Assembly (NCBI GenBank): GCA_964016885.1
Contig: OZ024755.1
Coordinates: 22,692,001-22,756,000, forward strand
From: Eledone cirrhosa
Taxonomy: Eukaryota
DNA length: 64,000 nt
Direction: 5' to 3'
Of this stretch, positions 53,283 to 64,000 are shown piece after piece. Under the pieces are notes generated by a model. That model was given only the letters and a program-made list of their open reading frames with translations, made no database searches and was not told the origin of the DNA. How positions within the stretch are numbered: position 1 is the stretch's first letter; each line of letters starts with the position of its first letter. The translations under genes and the position numbers were made by a program.

Positions 53283-53418
53283 GAAGGTACCTAGCCAAAA
53301 CCGTCCGAGCTCGCTTGAGGTAGATCCTCTTCTTTCACTAATATACTCACTCTGCATCATACCATGTATCGAGTACTTCTCTGATGTGTGGTCTTCCCGG
53401 TCCCCGTACCGTAGAATA

Positions 53419-53456
<38 letters not shown>

Positions 53457-53836
53457 TGTGGAGAGAGAGAGAGAGAAAGATACACATAAAAAGGTAAGAA
53501 TGTTCATTACACACCTGTGTACTCAGACTGAAAATTTATCTCACCTTTTAATTGATATGGCTAGAGCTACGTATACTTTTGTTTCAAGTTTTCAAATATG
53601 AGAAGTTATGACTGAAAGATAGCACCAGTAACTGTAACCATGTGTCGTTTGACAAAGTAAAATACTCGGAATCAGCAGTAGGTGCTGACTGGTGGCTCCT
53701 ACTAATGCCATAAGTCACCTGTCCACAGTCCACATGTAAAACCTTCAGTCAGATTATCACACATAGATATGTGTGTGTGTGTATATATATGAATATATAA
53801 ATATATGTACTGTATATATATATATATATATATGTA

Positions 53837-53872
<36 letters not shown>

Positions 53873-54361
53873 ATAATAATAAATTAGAAGATAAAATCCA
53901 AAGAGGGCTCGATAAGGATAAATATATATCAGATATATAAGAACCGTAGAGCAAATATTTATTAAAATAATAGTTTCTGAAACCGAGTTTCAGAAGATCC
54001 CGTTAAGGGTGAAAGCAGCGATTCTTTGCTTAAACTTTAATCTGTTATTTTAACAAATATATATGTGAGAAAAACCACAGACCCTCCATCTCAACTCACC
54101 TTTTGAAAAGCAGCGAAACCGGTAAAGGAACCAAATAAATATATATATTTTTTAAAAAAATAAGACTTCAGTTGCATTTTCGATTTCATCTCTTTTTCTT
54201 TATACTTTCACTCGTGTAGGACACCTCGGTTATTTTTCATTTTGTAAAAAAAACCTCACTTTCTAATATATATATATATATATCAAGGGCGGTGCCCCAG
54301 CATGGCCTCAGCCGGATGGCTGAAACAGGTAAAAGAGTATATATATACACACACACACACA

Positions 54362-54665
54362 ATATATTAACAAATGGAAACTATATTTATAAAACTATAT
54401 TTATTTTATTATACATATTTCAAGGGCCACCAAGGCAAATTTAGGTGCGCTTTCATCAGATAAAATACAATACAGATTAGTTTTATAAATAAATATTGAC
54501 ATAAGGCTGTCTTTTTTTCAGGGTATGTCAATATTTATTTATAAAACTAATCTGTATTGTATTTTATCTGATGAAAGCGCACCATAATTTGCCTTGGTGG
54601 CCCTTGAAATATGTATAATAAAATAAATATGGTTTTATAAATATAGTTTCCATTTGTTAATATAT
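54362..54665. repeat. ~140-bp inverted repeat carrying family A hammerheads at 54402-54467 (-) and 54560-54625 (+)
   Basis: tattttat CTGATGA aagcgcacca...tggtggccctt GAAA tatgta TA ataaaata and its reverse complement. Confidence 0.9.
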
Positions 54666-54756
54666 TGTATATTTACTCCACTAATCTGTTGAGTGCTTTA
54701 TATCAGTTATAAAAATGTTTAAGCTTGTTGAATCCCAACAAATTAAATATAACATC

Positions 54757-54799
<43 letters not shown>

Positions 54800-55784
54800 A
54801 ATAACACAATATAATTATTCCATTACCAAAGGTTTCAGGAAACTCGAATGGAATAATTCTATTGTGTTTATTATGTAATTAAATAGCTCTGTACTATACA
54901 TAGAGCACTCTTTACTTTATCTTTTCTACGGAAATACATAACACACACACATATATGCTGGCTTGCCTCAAAAATCATTAGAGAGGTTGCCTGGTACTCT
55001 TCGCGACGTTGCTGTCTTTTGCTCTGGTGTTGGCTCCGTTGCTCACCCCTTCCTTTACATTTTCTTTAATATTGTAACATTAAAGGAATATATCTTTCTG
55101 AATGAACCGCGAGCTATTTATAATGTTATCGAAGCATTTGTAATGTTATTTATGTATATATTTAAAACATATTTGTTATGTTATTCTACTGTAAATTTAT
55201 TTATATGCTCTGTTTATATTTTCGTTCTGAAAGAATTGCAAACGATTTGTAATGTTATAAAATTATGTTATAAAATTATTATCCAGAAAAAAGTAAAAAA
55301 AAAAGTTTAGAGATTGTAAGGTTAAGTTCAAGTTCACCAAAGTAAGCACTCGATGCATAATAGTCTTCAGTATGTACTTACAGGTATCTACTAAGCAGAG
55401 TGTAAAATAAAAATAATAATTGTTTCTACCTTTGGCACAAGGCCAGCAATTATCCAGTGCATTACTGGTACTTTATTTTATCGACCCTGTAAGGATGAAA
55501 GGCAAAGTTAACCTCAGCGGGATTTGAACTCAGAATGGCAAGGGCCGTAACTCAATGCGTCCGACCCTCTACAGATACTGCCAATCCAAATGCACTAATA
55601 ATGATTTCATTTATTGACCACAAGGGCAGACATGTAGGAGATCATACAAAGACGCTGACACGAAACGCGTGTCACATCTCAAACGTGATGAAAATTTGAG
55701 ACCTCGTCCAAATTATATATATATATATATATATATTATATCAATAATATTAATAAATGGAAAATATCTTTATAAAACTAAATT

Positions 55785-55842
55785 TATTTTATTATACGTA
55801 TTTCAAGGATACTATTTTAGTACACTTTCGTCAGATAAAATA
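55785..55842 (-). ncRNA. hammerhead motif, family A, best preserved copy
   Basis: tattttat CTGACGA aagtgtacta(aaa)tagtatcctt GAAA tacgta TA ataaaata. Confidence 0.85.
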
Positions 55843-56126
55843 CAATAATTGGTTGAGCCGTTGAGTGTTTCTAATCTGTTGTAAATTAACTTTGTTGAAT
55901 AATCAACAAACCAAATAACTCATTGTTTATAGAATTGGATTCGCAATCATAAGGTTGTGAGTTTGATTCCTGGACCAGGCGATGCGTTATGTCCTTGAGC
56001 AAGACACTTTATTTCACGTTGCTCCTTCTACCTGGAGTTGTGACCGATAGATAGTATTAGCAATTGGAAAGACCAACGGAAACATTGTTCTCTCGGTCCG
56101 ATTTGACAAAAGTCGATCGTTCCTTT

Positions 56127-62014
<5,888 letters not shown>

Positions 62015-62082
62015 ATGGAAAGTTATATTCAAGTCGATGTTGTTAGGGTATGTCGAATCTATCTATAAAACTGTTTATATTG

Positions 62083-62148
62083 TATTTTGTCTGAGGAAGG
62101 CATAGCATATTGTTAATATGATATCCCTGAAATATATATGATGAAATA
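62083..62148 (+). ncRNA. hammerhead motif, family A, probably inactive
   Basis: tattttgt CTGAGGA aggcatagcatatt(gtt)aatatgatatccct GAAA tatata TG atgaaata; G at the cleavage position. Confidence 0.6.
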
Positions 62149-62236
62149 GATATGGTTTTATAAATATAGTTTCCATTTATTTAATATTGTATATATATAA
62201 ATATATATATATATAAATATATATATAAATATATAA

Positions 62237-62267
<31 letters not shown>

Positions 62268-62300
62268 AATATATATAAATATATATATATATAAATATAA

Positions 62301-62342
<42 letters not shown>

Positions 62343-62358
62343 TTATATATATATATAT

Positions 62359-63550
62359 AGGCCTTAAAGTTAACTTGTCTAAGACTAAAGTTCTAGTTTG
62401 TAGGAAGGAAAATAGGGCACCGGTCCCATCTGGGAAATGGCCATGCTCAGTGTGTAGGAAAGGAGTAGGTAGAAACTCCATTTTATGTCCCAAATGCAAA
62501 GTATGGGTACATAAAAGACGTAGTGGGATCACAGGTAAGCTAACTAAGAATATAGATTTTATATGTGGCTGGTGCTCAGGTGCAATAAGTAGCAGCAAGT
62601 GCGCACAGCATACTAACTCATTCCATTGCACAGATGGTTCTATAAAAATAGTGGACAGCTTCCGTTACCTGGGTGATAAAATCAGCAGTGGGGGAGGGTG
62701 CTCTGAAAGTACAGTAGCTAGAGTCAGAACGGGATGGAAAAAGTTCAGAGAGCTTATACCACTATTGGCCGCTAAAGGGTTCTCTCTAAAAATGAAAGGC
62801 AGGCTGTATGAAACGAAGCTTGCATGAGAGAAACGAAGCTTACATGCTCCGCTGGATGTGTAATAGTAATATACGTGAACGGCAAAGCATAAACGAACTA
62901 AGGGAGAAATTAGAAATAAGAGGGATCAGATGTTGTTTACTCGTGAGAAGACTACGTTGGTATGGTCACATGATGCGCATGAAAGACGACAGCTGTATAA
63001 AAAAGTGCAGGGCAATAAAAATAGACGGTAGCCACGGAGTAGGCAGACCCAGAAAAACCTGGGACGACTTGATTAATTCTGACCTCACACACTTACACCT
63101 CTCCAAGACAATGTCACTGGACCGAGATCTTTGGCGCTACACAGTAATAGAGAAGACCCGCCTTACCTAAGTACAAAGTGAAACCTACTACAGTCAGTAG
63201 GCACCTCTAACAAAATACACCCCCGTCCCACTACCCCCACCCCATCCACACCACCCCTTTCAATGTAAAGTTATGTTGGTACCACAACATCCAGCCTGAA
63301 ACAAATGAGGTCGTGTAGGTGTCACGACAAAAAAACACAGCCCACGCTGTAATGTGGCCGTGTAGGTAACACGGTAAAAACCTCCCAGTTCCACACTGTA
63401 AATGTGGTTGGTGTGAGGAAGGGCATCCAGCCGTAGAAAACCCGCCAGACAGTCCTATGCGAGCAAGGCAACCACTCTTGCATCAAGTGGGAAAACTCCC
63501 GTCCAAGCCCATGCAAGCGTGGAATATGGACGTTAAACGAAGATGATGAT
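62359..63550 (+). mobile_element. 5'-truncated RTE, same family as 41425-44712
   Basis: [43 protein letters not shown]; 3' tail ending (GAT)n. Confidence 0.95.
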
Positions 63551-64000
63551 GTATGTATGTATATAAAAGGTAAACAGAAATAACAATACAATCGGTACAG
63601 TATATGGAAGGGATATATTAGGTTAACGCTTGATATAGCAGGAAGAGAGTCTTAACGTTTCGGACGATAGTCCTTCACCAGAAGAAAGAATGAGAAATAA
63701 GATAGATTGAGGTGAAGGGCAGGATGGAATTGGAAAAAATGTCTTTAGATGAAAATAACAGGTCCTTTCATGTTGACATCTCTTGCATTACAGGGTGTCG
63801 CCTAAAATATATACTCTTTGATTACCTGTACAGGCAATATTTATTAGAATGTTGTTGAAGTGTGTATACTATTTTGGGGACACCCTGTGTGTGTGTGTGT
63901 ATATATAAATTTACTCTTAAACTATTTCAAGCTATCTTATATTATCAGCATATGTGTTGGGGTGGGGGATTTGAACTGTGCTGTTGTGTAATTTCATGTA

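Noticed and set aside
53975-54130. Hammerhead-like cagaaga..GAAA and ttgaaaa..GAAAccggta
   Set aside because: The catalytic core is mutated, and the match is too weak to call.

Overview
AT-rich, repeat-dense animal genomic DNA, most likely a cephalopod such as Octopus (inferred from the SINE/RTE repertoire and TA microsatellites). The only host gene I can support is FAD synthase (FLAD1) on the minus strand. I traced 12 coding exons from 40158 to the stop at 11819 with GT-AG junctions and continuous phase (1436 nt), giving the molybdopterin-binding/CinA-like domain followed by the PAPS-reductase-type FAD synthase domain; the first coding exon was not found. The rest is decayed transposons: RTE and CR1-like LINEs, tRNA-derived SINEs, mariner/Tc1, piggyBac-type MITEs, a Helitron and Penelope-like remnants, plus minisatellites and a ~5.9 kb (TA)n array. 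Less obvious signals are: (1) about a dozen minimal type I hammerhead ribozyme motifs of the Penelope-associated kind, several in fold-back palindromes or in the FLAD1 sense direction; (2) two duplications of FLAD1 splice acceptors; (3) a triplicated unit with an expanding acidic-codon tract next to the FLAD1 3' end; (4) a candidate kissing-loop RNA structure in two retroelement leaders. All structures were read by eye, with no folding or database searches.
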